Position numbers and translations under genes: made by a program. From an uncultured cyanobacterium (lineage in GTDB: Bacteria > Cyanobacteriota > Cyanobacteriia > Cyanobacteriales > Cyanobacteriaceae): 64,000 nucleotides of DNA. This document shows, piece by piece, positions 8,748 to 20,197 of this stretch. The notes beneath the pieces were generated by a model that worked only from the letters and a program-made list of their open reading frames with translations, had not been told where the DNA came from and searched no databases. How positions within the stretch are numbered: position 1 is the stretch's first letter; each line of letters opens with the position of its first letter. The stretch spans positions 426,182-490,181 of the forward strand of contig CAVVOP010000005.1 in NCBI GenBank assembly GCA_963749915.1. Reading direction: 5' to 3'.

Positions 8748-10121
8748 ATGAAACTTAAATATGATTTAGTTATTATTGGCGGCACAAAACAAGGTCTTTT
8801 AGCGGCAGAATATGGAACAAAATTAGGAGCCAGAGTTGCTTTAGTTATCAATAATAATTGTTTAACTCAAAATGATAATCAATTTTTTTCACTAGAATTT
8901 AAGGATGATTTATTAAATCTAGATAATTGCATTAATTTTAAAGATTTTTTAGCAGAAAAAAAAATACTATTTACTCAAAAATATTTGCCAGATTTAGAAT
9001 TGTTGGGGGTCGATATAATTATTAGTAGTTGTGAGTTTAATTGTCAAAAAAGACTAACTTTAGCAACAGAAAAAGATGAATTAGAATCTGTTTCTTACTT
9101 ACTAGCTATGACATCTAATCAACTCTTTAGTGAAGATATTTTAAGTAACAATAATAATATTTTAAGTATTAATGATTTAATTTCACGAAATAATTGGGAC
9201 AATTTGCCAGAAAATTTGGTAATTGTAGGAAATTATATTTCAACAATTTACTTAGCAAATAAACTGGCCTACCTTGGTAAAAAAATAACTTTAATTACTG
9301 AAAATAGGCAACTTTTGCCTACAGAAGATGATGATATTTCTTTTCAAATGCAATTAACTTTAGAATCTCGGGAAGTTAAGATATATAATAAATCAAATAT
9401 TAATGATTTTGATAATTTTAAGATAAATAATCTTATTGAAAATGATGCTAATTTCACTAATAGCCAAGTAGTAATCATTGACAATCATAAAATTTGTAAT
9501 GAAGATAAATTAGGGTTAAAAAGAGTAGGTATTCAAGCTAAAAAGGCTAAAATATTTGTTAATAGTAAATTACAAACTAAACATTCTCAAATTTACGGTT
9601 GTGGTGATTTATTAGGTGGTTATAGTTTAGATAATATAACGGAATATGAAACAAAAATTGCCGTTAATAATTGTTTATTTTTTCCTTGGCAACAGGTAAA
9701 TTATAATAATATTCCTTATACTTTGGTCACGAATCCCCCTATTAATCGAATCGGATATACTCAAAAACAAGCAGAATTATTATCAGGAAAAAAAGCTAAA
9801 GTTTTAACCTTACATTCTTATGTAAGATCCTCCTTAAATTTTACACAAAATACGATATTTATTAAAATAATTTTAGATAAGAATAACTATATATTAGGTT
9901 TTCACAGCCTGGGGTTTGGAGTAGAAGAAATATTAGCAGGGATAACCCTACTTATGGAACAACAAAAACCCTTAAAGTATTTATTTAAACTTAAATTTAG
10001 CCAGCTAAACTCATTACAAATTATTAAAGATATTCAACAAGCATGGTTGGAAAAAAATAAAAAACAAAATCAGATTATAATAGATTTAGCCACGACTTTC
10101 TTTATTTGGAAAAGGGAATGA
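8748..10121 (+). CDS. Divergent flavoprotein disulfide reductase-family protein (MerA/LpdA-like fold)
   Basis: YDLVIIGG start, LQT..IYGCGD and a dimerisation region. No redox CxxxxC motif visible. Confidence 0.75.
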   Translation: MKLKYDLVIIGGTKQGLLAAEYGTKLGARVALVINNNCLTQNDNQFFSLEFKDDLLNLDNCINFKDFLAEKKILFTQKYLPDLELLGVDIIISSCEFNCQKRLTLATEKDELESVSYLLAMTSNQLFSEDILSNNNNILSINDLISRNNWDNLPENLVIVGNYISTIYLANKLAYLGKKITLITENRQLLPTEDDDISFQMQLTLESREVKIYNKSNINDFDNFKINNLIENDANFTNSQVVIIDNHKICNEDKLGLKRVGIQAKKAKIFVNSKLQTKHSQIYGCGDLLGGYSLDNITEYETKIAVNNCLFFPWQQVNYNNIPYTLVTNPPINRIGYTQKQAELLSGKKAKVLTLHSYVRSSLNFTQNTIFIKIILDKNNYILGFHSLGFGVEEILAGITLLMEQQKPLKYLFKLKFSQLNSLQIIKDIQQAWLEKNKKQNQIIIDLATTFFIWKRE

Positions 10122-10128
10122 ATTAAGC

Positions 10129-10791
10129 ATGATTAATAAAATAAAAGACAAAGGTTATTTTATTGTTTTAGAAGGAATAGATGGTGCAGGAAGTACAACT
10201 CAAGCTGAGTTATTGCAACAGTATTTTATCAAAAATAAAGAAAAAGCTGTTATTAGTCCTGAACCTTCTTCTAGTAAAATAGGAAAATTATTACGGGAAT
10301 TTTTAGCCCATCAAAATCATTTTATTAATCAAGATTTATTTGATCAACAAATGGCCTATTTATTCGCCGCAGATCGTCATTATCACCTGTATAATAATAT
10401 TAATGGAGTACAAAAATTAATCAACGAAAATACCCATGTGATTACTACTAGATATTATTTTTCTTCCTTTGCGTATAATGCTAAAACTGAGAAAGATTTT
10501 CAATTTGTTAGTTTATTAAATCAAGATTTTCCTCCTCCAGATTTACTGATTTATCTTGATATTCCTGTAGATACAGCTTTAATTAGAATTAGGGATCGCA
10601 TCGCCTTAGAAATTTATGAAACGAAAGAAAAATTAACCCAAGTAAAACACAATTTTGATACAATCATCGATAAATATAAGCATGCTTATTTAAGAATTGA
10701 TGGTACATCCTCTAAAGAAGAAATACATAGAAAAATAGTAAATTTCTTTCATAAAGAAAGTAATGTTAACGGCTATTTCCCAACATCATAA
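10129..10791 (+). CDS. tmk: Thymidylate kinase
   Basis: FIVLEGIDGAGSTTQ, LFAADR, RYYFSS.AY and PDLLIYLD. Confidence 0.92.
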   Translation: MINKIKDKGYFIVLEGIDGAGSTTQAELLQQYFIKNKEKAVISPEPSSSKIGKLLREFLAHQNHFINQDLFDQQMAYLFAADRHYHLYNNINGVQKLINENTHVITTRYYFSSFAYNAKTEKDFQFVSLLNQDFPPPDLLIYLDIPVDTALIRIRDRIALEIYETKEKLTQVKHNFDTIIDKYKHAYLRIDGTSSKEEIHRKIVNFFHKESNVNGYFPTS

Positions 10792-10943
10792 GTATTTATT
10801 CTTAATAGTAGTGGTAAAAGATCTTGAAAAATAATGGCACAAATTCTGATATATTCAACATGGGAAGCAATATTGACAATAATTTACTGTTTAAAGCCGA
10901 ACACAAATTTTAAAATCAACTTAGTATATATCAAGGGGGAAAT

Positions 10944-11318
10944 ATGGTATTCAATAAACTTTTTGGCAAGAAAGACGAAAGCTACTTTTTAGAAATTAAC
11001 GCAAAAACAGAGAATCAACCTTCCGCAGAAGTAACAGTAAATGAGGGAGATTCTACCGTCGTAGAAACATCAACCGTCAAAGGAAAAGAGGCCACTGTTG
11101 CCACTGCAGTTAAACCTAAACCTGATGTCAGCTATGATGTCCCAGATTGGGTAAAAGCGATCAAAAATTATTCTAATCAAGGTAATAACAATACATCAGC
11201 TTCTGAAGGGAAAAATTTTGCGGGTAAGTATGTTAGTAACAGTGTCCCACAATCCCGTCGTCGTCCGGGGGGAAGTTTAGCCACCTTTAAAAAGATGGCG
11301 TCTAAAATCGGCAGGTAA
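10944..11318 (+). CDS. Conserved cyanobacterial hypothetical protein
   Basis: N-terminal LFGKK..YFLE, low-complexity linker and C-terminal RRRPG.SL..FK.MA; purine-rich SD-like sequence upstream. Confidence 0.8.
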   Translation: MVFNKLFGKKDESYFLEINAKTENQPSAEVTVNEGDSTVVETSTVKGKEATVATAVKPKPDVSYDVPDWVKAIKNYSNQGNNNTSASEGKNFAGKYVSNSVPQSRRRPGGSLATFKKMASKIGR

Positions 11319-11320
11319 AT

Positions 11321-11347
11321 AATTAACAATTAACAATTAACAATTAA
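11321..11347. repeat. Heptamer tandem repeat (AATTAAC)n
   Basis: aattaacaattaacaattaacaattaa; a similar run occurs at about 30774-30797. Confidence 0.8.
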
Positions 11348-11389
11348 GTTATTTTGGTCTAGGAATTATCAACTATCAATTATTTAAAA

Positions 11390-11929
11390 ATGTTTGATTC
11401 TTCATCACAAATTTTACTTAAAGATTTAGAATACATTCCTTATATAGATATAAACGGGGCTATCAATACAGAATTACAGGGGAAAATTGGAATTTATGCT
11501 ATTTTCAATCACGAGAAAGTCCTAGAATATATTGGTTATTCTCGTAATTTATTTATGAGTTTAAAACAACATTTAGTTAGACAGCCAGATAAGTGTTATT
11601 GGTTCAAATTTTACTTGGTTAAGGGTCCTAGTCGCAGTGTTTTAGAGGAAATTCGTACTAATTGGTTAGCAGAAAATAAAGACTTACCCAAGGGTAATGC
11701 AGAAGAAGAAGTTTTATGGACGCAACCTATCGATGCGAAACTAACTATGACCCAAGAGGATAGGGCAGAGTATGAGCAAAATGAGGAATTAGGAAAAATT
11801 AAATTACTAAAAAAAGTAGCTAGAAGGTTGGAAGAAAAAATAAAAGATAAACTTGAAAGTCGGCAAGTCAAGATGGAAATTCGCTTTAATCCGAAATTAA
11901 AAGAAGAAGGTTTACTAGATTTGAAATAG
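11390..11929 (+). CDS. GIY-YIG domain protein (conserved cyanobacterial type)
   Basis: GIYAIF..LEYIGYSR..SLKQHL motif. Confidence 0.85.
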   Translation: MFDSSSQILLKDLEYIPYIDINGAINTELQGKIGIYAIFNHEKVLEYIGYSRNLFMSLKQHLVRQPDKCYWFKFYLVKGPSRSVLEEIRTNWLAENKDLPKGNAEEEVLWTQPIDAKLTMTQEDRAEYEQNEELGKIKLLKKVARRLEEKIKDKLESRQVKMEIRFNPKLKEEGLLDLK

Positions 11930-12046
11930 AAAGAGAAGAAGACGGAAGGACAAGAGGAAATAAAGAAAAAAACTTAATATTTGGCAGTTGACCAGTAGAA
12001 TGGAGATAAATAATTCCACATATCTGATTAGATTAGATAAAAATTT

Positions 12047-12487
12047 ATGTTTCGTCGCCTATTAGCTATTATTACCATCTCAATCTCCTTTTTTCTCTTA
12101 ACCACCATCTTAACCCCTTCAGCCGAAGCACTTACGCAGATAAAAATTACAGATATATCTTACAAAGAATGTCCTGCGGGGGTTGGGGAAGGAAGTGTCA
12201 CCAGTGGAGGTAGTGCCTTACCAGCAACTTGTTTTTTAATTACTGGTAAAACCAACAACACATCTGGCAAAACCTTATATGATGCCGACGTGTTTGGAAG
12301 GGTTTATGATGCCAATAATGAACCGGTTTTACAAAATCGTAGCAGATTAGGGGCATTGGAGGAAGTACCACCGGGAGTGAGCGAGTTTGAATTGAGAATC
12401 AGTGTACCATCTAATCAAGCCACTCCCCTACAATTAAAACAGTTTAAAGCCACAGGTTTTTCTAGTAAAGTTTATCCAACTTTCTAA
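12047..12487 (+). CDS. Conserved exported/lumenal hypothetical protein
   Basis: Signal peptide (AEA-L), two Cys and DADVFGRVYDAN. Confidence 0.8.
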   Translation: MFRRLLAIITISISFFLLTTILTPSAEALTQIKITDISYKECPAGVGEGSVTSGGSALPATCFLITGKTNNTSGKTLYDADVFGRVYDANNEPVLQNRSRLGALEEVPPGVSEFELRISVPSNQATPLQLKQFKATGFSSKVYPTF

Positions 12488-12759
12488 ATTACCCCAACGA
12501 TGGAAATTAATAATTGGGGGATTAGCTGTAAAACAATGATAGCTAGAATTGCGGAAAAATCGATGCCCCCTAAAGGTGGTATGATTGAACGAAAAATATT
12601 AAGATAAGGATCTGTTATTGGTGCCAAAAATGAGATAACATTACCTGCCCATTCAGCAGTTTGAAACCAACTTAAAAGGATTCTAACAAATATAAGTATT
12701 AAATATAACTGGATAAAATTAGTCACGGTACTGATAACTAAATAGGTGATATCATTCAT
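12484..12759 (-). CDS. YggT family membrane protein (Ycf19/YlmG)
   Basis: RILLSWF and ITDPYLNIFRSIIPPLGGIDFS. Confidence 0.92.
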   Translation of the reverse strand: MNDITYLVISTVTNFIQLYLILIFVRILLSWFQTAEWAGNVISFLAPITDPYLNIFRSIIPPLGGIDFSAILAIIVLQLIPQLLISIVGVI

Positions 12760-12830
12760 CGAATCAAGATTACTCCATTTTTCATAGTAATTTTATTCCT
12801 TTTATCTTAACTGAATTTGTCTGATTTAAG

Positions 12831-13487
12831 CTAACTTTTGCGGTTTAACCAAAAACTCCGCATTCCCACGGATTTGGCACCCCAATAATCCTCTTCGACA
12901 CTATCCCCCATATACCAAGCGTTTTCTCCTTGACAGTTGTGCTTTGCTAAGGCCGTTAAGAAGATTTTCGGGTTAGGTTTTGCGACTCCCGTGAGGGAAG
13001 AAATAGTAATTGTTTGAAAATATTGTCTTAAATTTAAGTTATCTAAAACCTCGTAAATCCGAGTATCAAAATTGGAGATGATACCTAATTCTATGCTTTG
13101 TTTTTGCCATCGATTTAAACTAGGTATCACGTCATCATAAATAACCCAAGGTTGGCTAGTTTTAAAGTAGTTATAAAGTTCAAGAAAAAAGCCTTCAAAA
13201 TCAGTAAATTCTTCTACGGCGTTATCCTGATTAAAGGTATTATAAGTAAGGGTTTGCCACCATTTAAACTCTAATTCTTTGATTTGTTCCTCATTTTCTT
13301 TGTCAAAAGCAAGAGGAGGAGACATTTTAAAGGCTTGATAGAAACAGCTATTAATGACTTTCCGGTCTCGATTAACTCCATATTTTTTCGCCAGTTGAGT
13401 ATAAACATCTCCAACGCTATTTTTTACTCCAAAAATTGTGCCAACGGCATCTAAAAAAATAACTTGAGGTTGATTATTGATCTTCAT
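12831..13487 (-). CDS. HAD-IA family hydrolase
   Basis: DAVGT, ISNFD, KPNPKIF and GDS..DYWGA motifs. Confidence 0.9.
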   Translation of the reverse strand: MKINNQPQVIFLDAVGTIFGVKNSVGDVYTQLAKKYGVNRDRKVINSCFYQAFKMSPPLAFDKENEEQIKELEFKWWQTLTYNTFNQDNAVEEFTDFEGFFLELYNYFKTSQPWVIYDDVIPSLNRWQKQSIELGIISNFDTRIYEVLDNLNLRQYFQTITISSLTGVAKPNPKIFLTALAKHNCQGENAWYMGDSVEEDYWGAKSVGMRSFWLNRKS

Positions 13488-13604
13488 TAATTTTTTTTGT
13501 TAATTAATTCTATTATCACTATTTTCATTTCAGGAGAAGTAATTCGAGTTAAAGTGATTAATCTTTACTTTGGCAATTTTAAATATAAAAAGCCCATTCT
13601 GAAT

Positions 13605-14156
13605 TTACAATAGCAGAAAAGGGCGTGCCAGAAAATAGCTAGAGATGGTTTTGGCGTCAATTTCATGGCTAGTTAGGGCTAATTTTTCAAACTCATTAGG
13701 AGTCATTAACACTACCTCAATATCTTCATCATCATCATGGGGTGGGGGTTTGGGTAGTTTTTCTAATTCTTGGGCGAGAAAAGCATAGATAAATTCATCA
13801 GAATATCCGGGAGCGAGGGGAAATTTCCCTAAATTGTGCCATTTTTTAGCAGTATAGCCCGTTTCTTCCTCTATTTCTCGTTTGACGGTGATTTCTGGAT
13901 TCTCTCCTTTTTCCACTGTACCGGCAGGAAACTCCAACAATCGACTTTTGAGGGCAAAGCGATATTGACGTACCAAAAGTAATTTCCCTTCATTAGTGAC
14001 AGGCACTGCCAACGCACCCCCGGGATGACGGATACATTCCCATTCTCCCTCTGCACCATTAGGTAATCTTAGCTTATTTACTTCAAATTGAAACTTTTTA
14101 CCTTGAAAAAATAAACGGGGGTTTAAAATTTCTGGGAACTCTTGTTTTTCTGACAT
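13605..14156 (-). CDS. NUDIX hydrolase (ADP-ribose pyrophosphatase-like)
   Basis: Nudix box PAGTVEKGE.....KREIEEETGY. ATG at 14156 preferred over the track start. Confidence 0.92.
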   Translation of the reverse strand: MSEKQEFPEILNPRLFFQGKKFQFEVNKLRLPNGAEGEWECIRHPGGALAVPVTNEGKLLLVRQYRFALKSRLLEFPAGTVEKGENPEITVKREIEEETGYTAKKWHNLGKFPLAPGYSDEFIYAFLAQELEKLPKPPPHDDDEDIEVVLMTPNEFEKLALTSHEIDAKTISSYFLARPFLLL

Positions 14157-14334
14157 TATTTCATTATTTAACTGACAATGTAGATATTTTTTCATTCTTA
14201 TTATAAACAAAGGGGGGAGAGGGGATACTGACAAGGGTAGGTTTTTTACATTTGGGTGAAGACTTGCGGGGACAAGGGTGGAAAGTGGACAAGGAAGAGG
14301 GGATAAAGGCTTTTAATATGTCATAAAAATTTCA

Positions 14335-15579
14335 TTAATTACGATTTGCCGTAACAATATTAACAGGATTAAGAGGATTAAAACGGGTATTTTTGCCAAT
14401 AGCTAAAGATTTATATATTTGTAAATTAAGAATCTCATAATGCCAGCAATTTTCTTTAAACCATTGTAAGGCCTGGTTTAAATTTTCGATGGTAGCTAAA
14501 GCAATAACTATTTTTCCTTCGGAATTAATTTTAGTTTTGATAATATCTAATAAAGAGATTAAACTGCCGCCACTTCCGCCGATAAAAATACGATGAGGGT
14601 TAGGTAAATTTTGAATAACGTTTTCTGCTGAGTTATGAATTATTTTGACATTATTTACTTGGAATTTACGGCAATTGTCTGTGATTAAATTTATTCCCAC
14701 AGCTGTTTTTTCGATGGCATAAATTTGACTACTATTTACCAATCTGGCTATCTCTATAGAAACACTACCAGTACCCGCTCCAATATCCCAAATTATCTGT
14801 TTCGGTTGTAAAACTAGTGCCCCTAATATCATTAATCTTACTTCTTTTTTTGTCATTAATCCTGGTTGATCAGGAAAAGTTTTAAAGAGATTATCCGGTA
14901 ATCCCATGATAGGCAATTTATCCAAGTCTAAAAATTCTTGATCATCGTCATTTTTTTTAATTAAGATAACTATATTTAAGAGAGATATTGATTCTAGGTT
15001 TATATCTTCTTCTTCTTTTATGGGAGTTATTTTTTCTTTTTGACTGCCCAAATTTTCACATAGCCAAAAATAATATTTCACTCTCATTTTTAGCTGACGA
15101 TAAACTTGCCAAATAATTAAAGGGTTGTTAGTGTTATCCGTTAAGATAGCAATTTTTTCATAACCTTTTTTTAATCCTTGAATTAACGGGTCAATATCCC
15201 TACCATGAATACTAATAAATTGGGAATCCTGCCAGGGTATTTTTAACCGATTAAACCCTAGTTGAATACAAGCATAATGGGGGTAAAATTCTAATTCTTC
15301 AGGCAAAAAATTACTAACTAAAATTCTACCAATACCAAAAAATAAAGGATCTCCTGTGGCTAATATGACTATGTTTTCTCCTCTTTTTTGATATTCTTTG
15401 ATATCGGTAATTATTGTTTCTAAGTTATTAATTTTTAGTTTAATTGCTGAATGGTTACTGAAATATTTTAAATGGCGATCGCCACCGACCAAAACTGTGG
15501 CTTGATTGACGATTTTTAAGACAGAATTAGTTAAACTATTCGCCCCTTCTAAACCAATCCCAACAATTTTAATGACCAT
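14335..15579 (-). CDS. cbiET: Bifunctional precorrin-6Y C5,15-methyltransferase CbiE/CbiT
   Basis: ATGDPLFFGIG, SIHGR, GLMTKKEVR and WDIGAGTGSVSIE. Confidence 0.93.
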   Translation of the reverse strand: MVIKIVGIGLEGANSLTNSVLKIVNQATVLVGGDRHLKYFSNHSAIKLKINNLETIITDIKEYQKRGENIVILATGDPLFFGIGRILVSNFLPEELEFYPHYACIQLGFNRLKIPWQDSQFISIHGRDIDPLIQGLKKGYEKIAILTDNTNNPLIIWQVYRQLKMRVKYYFWLCENLGSQKEKITPIKEEEDINLESISLLNIVILIKKNDDDQEFLDLDKLPIMGLPDNLFKTFPDQPGLMTKKEVRLMILGALVLQPKQIIWDIGAGTGSVSIEIARLVNSSQIYAIEKTAVGINLITDNCRKFQVNNVKIIHNSAENVIQNLPNPHRIFIGGSGGSLISLLDIIKTKINSEGKIVIALATIENLNQALQWFKENCWHYEILNLQIYKSLAIGKNTRFNPLNPVNIVTANRN

Positions 15580-15693
15580 AAATATAATTAATAGTTGATA
15601 GTTTACAATTCTTATTTATGCCGTCATTGATTGAGAATAAAAATTAATCTTTTATTATTCATTGTTTATCACCCATGGTTGATTATTTATGTT

Positions 15694-17199
15694 TTATTGC
15701 CAATATAAATCAACATAATTAATTTTAGCATAAGGCTCTAGTGATTGTAAAATGTTAATACCATAACTACGATAATTAACCCGATTATCTAATAATGCCA
15801 TAACCCCTCGATTTTTTCTAATAGATATGGTAGCCTGTTGTAAAATTTTAATGGCAGAAGGTAAAAGATAAAGACGAAACCAGTCTTTTTTCTGATTTTT
15901 ATAGTGGGTAACTTGAGCAGAAATAAGAGGATTTTCTAAGGAGGGGATAGGTAAAGTCGCAAAAATTAATAATATAGGTGTTAATAATTGGGATTGATAA
16001 TTTAACCAGAATTTAGTATCACAAACGAGGATACTATTTTTGCCGATCCCTAAGGAATTTAATTGTACTCTTGAACCAAAATAAGCCGCTAAATTAGAGG
16101 CAATTTGTCCTTGTAATGGCACATCATCAATAATAACAATGATGGGACGATGATTAATTTTTATACTACTAACCAAGGATAAAATTTCTTGGGTAACTCG
16201 ACTTTGAAACTGAGGATTATTTGGGAAAGGAAAATTATGAGGAAAGTATAAGTTAAGATGTTGATTTTGCTGATCAGGAGAAAACTTTAAGCAAGTAAAA
16301 TTATCTAAATTTAAGCCCAAGTATTCACTATAATCAATAGGATATTTTTGTGGCTCTAAATAATTGGATAATAAAATTAAAGGTTTATTTTGCCAAATTT
16401 GATTAATTAAAGATTTTAACTCTAAAGGTGATGATTTAATCGTAAAAGAACCTTGTTCTCGATTGATGTTAAAATAGTTGACGTATTTATTCTTTTCTGA
16501 TAAGGCCAGTTGCAAATTAATAAATTTTTCTAAAACTTCTTTTTTTTCTGTTTCTATTTTGACTAAATTACATATCTGCTCAATAACAGTTATTTCCTCT
16601 TCTTCTAATAAATAGCTATTATAAGGATTAGGGGGATGACTATAAATTAATTTGGTTAATTTGGCCAATTTTTCTCGAATAAAATTTTGATGTTGAGAAA
16701 GAGATGACTGTAAATTATACCAGTCTTGAAAAGTTATTTCTTGAGTCAAATACTCAGTGATAATATCGGGTAAATTTTCCGCTTCCTCAATAATAGTAAC
16801 AATATCCTTATCTAATAAGTTATTAATCACTAAGTCTAACCAATGATGATAAGTAATTACATATAAAGCCGATTTTTCGACTAAATTTTGCCGATAGTCA
16901 GTAATAACAAATTTTTTCGTATTTAACCACTGTTGTAAACTGGGTATTTTTTCGGCAACTAATCTTTGTTGAATTTCCTTTTCTGCCACGATAATAACCG
17001 AAGAAGAAGACAACAAGGCCGGAATTACGTAACTGGAATAATACTGTTGATAACTTAGCCCAGTTTGAATAATAGTTGGTCGTCCTAATCTTAACCCACG
17101 AGCGACCATTCTCGCCATGGTTAAATGATGTAACCAACAAGACTGAGATTTCTCATGTAAAAAATTTCTCAACTCTGAATGTACTTCTACTTCTAACAT
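15694..17199 (-). CDS. DinG/Rad3-like helicase-related protein (cyanobacterial, degenerate N-terminus)
   Basis: LTMARMVARGLRLGR start; C-terminal helicase domain LP.PSLENP...DWFRLYLLP...LLDNRV..RSYG. Confidence 0.8.
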   Translation of the reverse strand: MLEVEVHSELRNFLHEKSQSCWLHHLTMARMVARGLRLGRPTIIQTGLSYQQYYSSYVIPALLSSSSVIIVAEKEIQQRLVAEKIPSLQQWLNTKKFVITDYRQNLVEKSALYVITYHHWLDLVINNLLDKDIVTIIEEAENLPDIITEYLTQEITFQDWYNLQSSLSQHQNFIREKLAKLTKLIYSHPPNPYNSYLLEEEEITVIEQICNLVKIETEKKEVLEKFINLQLALSEKNKYVNYFNINREQGSFTIKSSPLELKSLINQIWQNKPLILLSNYLEPQKYPIDYSEYLGLNLDNFTCLKFSPDQQNQHLNLYFPHNFPFPNNPQFQSRVTQEILSLVSSIKINHRPIIVIIDDVPLQGQIASNLAAYFGSRVQLNSLGIGKNSILVCDTKFWLNYQSQLLTPILLIFATLPIPSLENPLISAQVTHYKNQKKDWFRLYLLPSAIKILQQATISIRKNRGVMALLDNRVNYRSYGINILQSLEPYAKINYVDLYWQ

Positions 17200-17329
17200 T
17201 AATAATCTACTATTTGCTTACAAGGGGGGTAACTTTTCGCCAATTTTCAAATTTTACCTTTGATCACTCAATGTTGTGAGAAGATAAGTAAAGTTATAGT
17301 TTAATAAAAAATCATAGGAAATATTATCA

Positions 17330-17665
17330 ATGGCTCAAATTGAATTTGCTAGAGGCATAGTAGAAGAATCTATCCCCGATGTTAAATTAACTCGTTCCCG
17401 TGACGGTAGCAACGGTACCGCAACATTTCGTTTTGAAAGTTCTAAAGTACTAGAAGGCGGTAATACTCAAGAAATTACCGGAATGTACCTAACAGATGAA
17501 GAAGGAGAATTGGTCACTCGTGAGGTAAAGTGCAAATTTATTAACGGTGAACCTAAAGCTATAGAAGCAATTTACTTGATGAAATCTCCTCAAGAATGGG
17601 ACAGATTTATGCGTTTTATGGAACGTTATGCACAAGAACACGGTTTAGATTTTACTAAATCTTAA
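17330..17665 (+). CDS. psb28: Photosystem II assembly factor Psb28
   Basis: [22 protein letters not shown] and [13 protein letters not shown]. Confidence 0.97.
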   Translation: MAQIEFARGIVEESIPDVKLTRSRDGSNGTATFRFESSKVLEGGNTQEITGMYLTDEEGELVTREVKCKFINGEPKAIEAIYLMKSPQEWDRFMRFMERYAQEHGLDFTKS

Positions 17666-17690
17666 TATCAACTTAGTTATAGGCAATTAA

Positions 17691-17832
17691 TATAGCAATC
17701 AGTTTTGATTTGTGAGATTTTGGTGAGACTAGGAGTCAGGAGTCAGAATTATTCTACTGAATACTGGATTCTGGATTCTGAATCCTTTTAAAACAATTAT
17801 TTGATTCTCACGAATGATTCCTGATTGCTATA
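17691..17832. mobile_element. 142-bp MITE-like element
   Basis: 27-bp terminal inverted repeats (22/27 match) starting TATAGCAATCAG, with internal aggagtc and ctggatt heptamers. Confidence 0.8.
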
Positions 17833-17916
17833 GTTAGCAATTAACAATTAATATTATCATAAATTATTCATGAAAAAAAAGGTAATTTTGTAAAAAATTC
17901 TCAATTCTAAATTCTA

Positions 17917-18420
17917 ATGTCTATTCCTCATCAATATTCAAGGATAAATAGCGTTAATTGTGCCGTTATTACCGTTAGTGATACTCGCCTTGAAGAAACG
18001 GATATTAGCGGCAAAATTGCTCAGGAAATATTAATTAATGCCGGTCATAAAATCCTTCATTATCAAATTATTAAAGATGAACCAGAACATATAAAATCTT
18101 TATTGGTAAATTTAACATCTAATGAACAATTAAACTGCATTATTTTTTCTGGTGGCACAGGTATATCTTTAAGGGATAATACTTATGATATAGTAAGCAA
18201 AATGTTAGAAAAAACATTATCAGGTTTTGGGGAAATATTCCGTTTTTTAAGTTATCAAGAAATTGGCTCAAGGGCTATTGCATCGAGAGCTACAGCGGGG
18301 TTGCACCGGGGGAAAATAGTCTTTTCTTTACCTGGATCTCAAAATGGTGTTAAACTGGGTTTAGAAAAGCTAATTGTACCCGAATTAACTCATTTAGTTG
18401 ATCAAATTAATCAAGGTTAG
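17917..18420 (+). CDS. moaB: MogA/MoaB molybdenum cofactor biosynthesis protein
   Basis: ITVSD.R..D.SG, SGGTG..RD.T, GFGE.FR, SRATAG and FSLPGS. Confidence 0.9.
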   Translation: MSIPHQYSRINSVNCAVITVSDTRLEETDISGKIAQEILINAGHKILHYQIIKDEPEHIKSLLVNLTSNEQLNCIIFSGGTGISLRDNTYDIVSKMLEKTLSGFGEIFRFLSYQEIGSRAIASRATAGLHRGKIVFSLPGSQNGVKLGLEKLIVPELTHLVDQINQG

Positions 18421-18426
18421 TTTTAT

Positions 18427-18960
18427 ATGTCCAACAATCATAATGATGATTTAGAATCTTTAAAAATTAATCAAAAAAAACTTGTCAATTTTCAAGAATG
18501 GTGTGCTAAAAATGAGATTAACTATCTAGCTATCATTGAAAACTTTATCGATTCCTGTTTAGCAAATAATCAAGTAATTATTGAAGGCGTAATCAATAAA
18601 AAAGGAAAAGTTAATTTTGAGGAAAAAATTAATTCAATCGTCAGTGATTCTTTACAACCTCTCGTGGCTAGAATTGAGAAATTAGAGTCACAATTAAAGG
18701 AAAAAAATAATTATTGTCCAGGCGAAAATGAACTTAATCATCAACCATTATTATCTGATTCACCCGAAGAAAATATTGATAAAAGAGTTTATTTACCCCG
18801 TCAAGAAGTATGGCAAAGACTAAAACAAACTGATTATATTAAATATTCTGGTTATGATAGTTTTTTGAAGGCTAAAGGTGATCAACTCGTGGAATATGGT
18901 ATCTTTTTTGATGAAAATAAAAAACGCTTTTATATAATAGACATCTCCAAAAATTTATAA
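18427..18960 (+). CDS. Hypothetical protein
   Basis: 177-aa ORF starting 6 nt after moaB, with a coiled-coil-like middle. No family recognised. Confidence 0.7.
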   Translation: MSNNHNDDLESLKINQKKLVNFQEWCAKNEINYLAIIENFIDSCLANNQVIIEGVINKKGKVNFEEKINSIVSDSLQPLVARIEKLESQLKEKNNYCPGENELNHQPLLSDSPEENIDKRVYLPRQEVWQRLKQTDYIKYSGYDSFLKAKGDQLVEYGIFFDENKKRFYIIDISKNL

Positions 18961-19117
18961 CAAAGTTATAACCACACTTTTAACCCCTTATTTTTCTACT
19001 CAAGGCGATCGCCAATCTATAAATTATGCTGACTCAATTTCGTGAAAGCTTTACACAGAAGTAATTTTAGGCTATTAATTGAGAACACAATCTTCACAAT
19101 GAGCGAACGGTGAGACA

Positions 19118-20104
<987 letters not shown>

Positions 20105-20197
20105 TTATTTTATATGATTAAATTTGACAATATCTTTATCATTGCATATAAGGCTAAATTTAATTTCTAAGTTTTTTTAAGATAATACAAAAAAAAT

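Noticed and set aside
14211..14310. G-rich stretch with gacaagg repeats (G-quadruplex or sRNA?)
   Set aside because: Irregular, degenerate short repeats of a kind common in cyanobacterial intergenic DNA; no defined structure.
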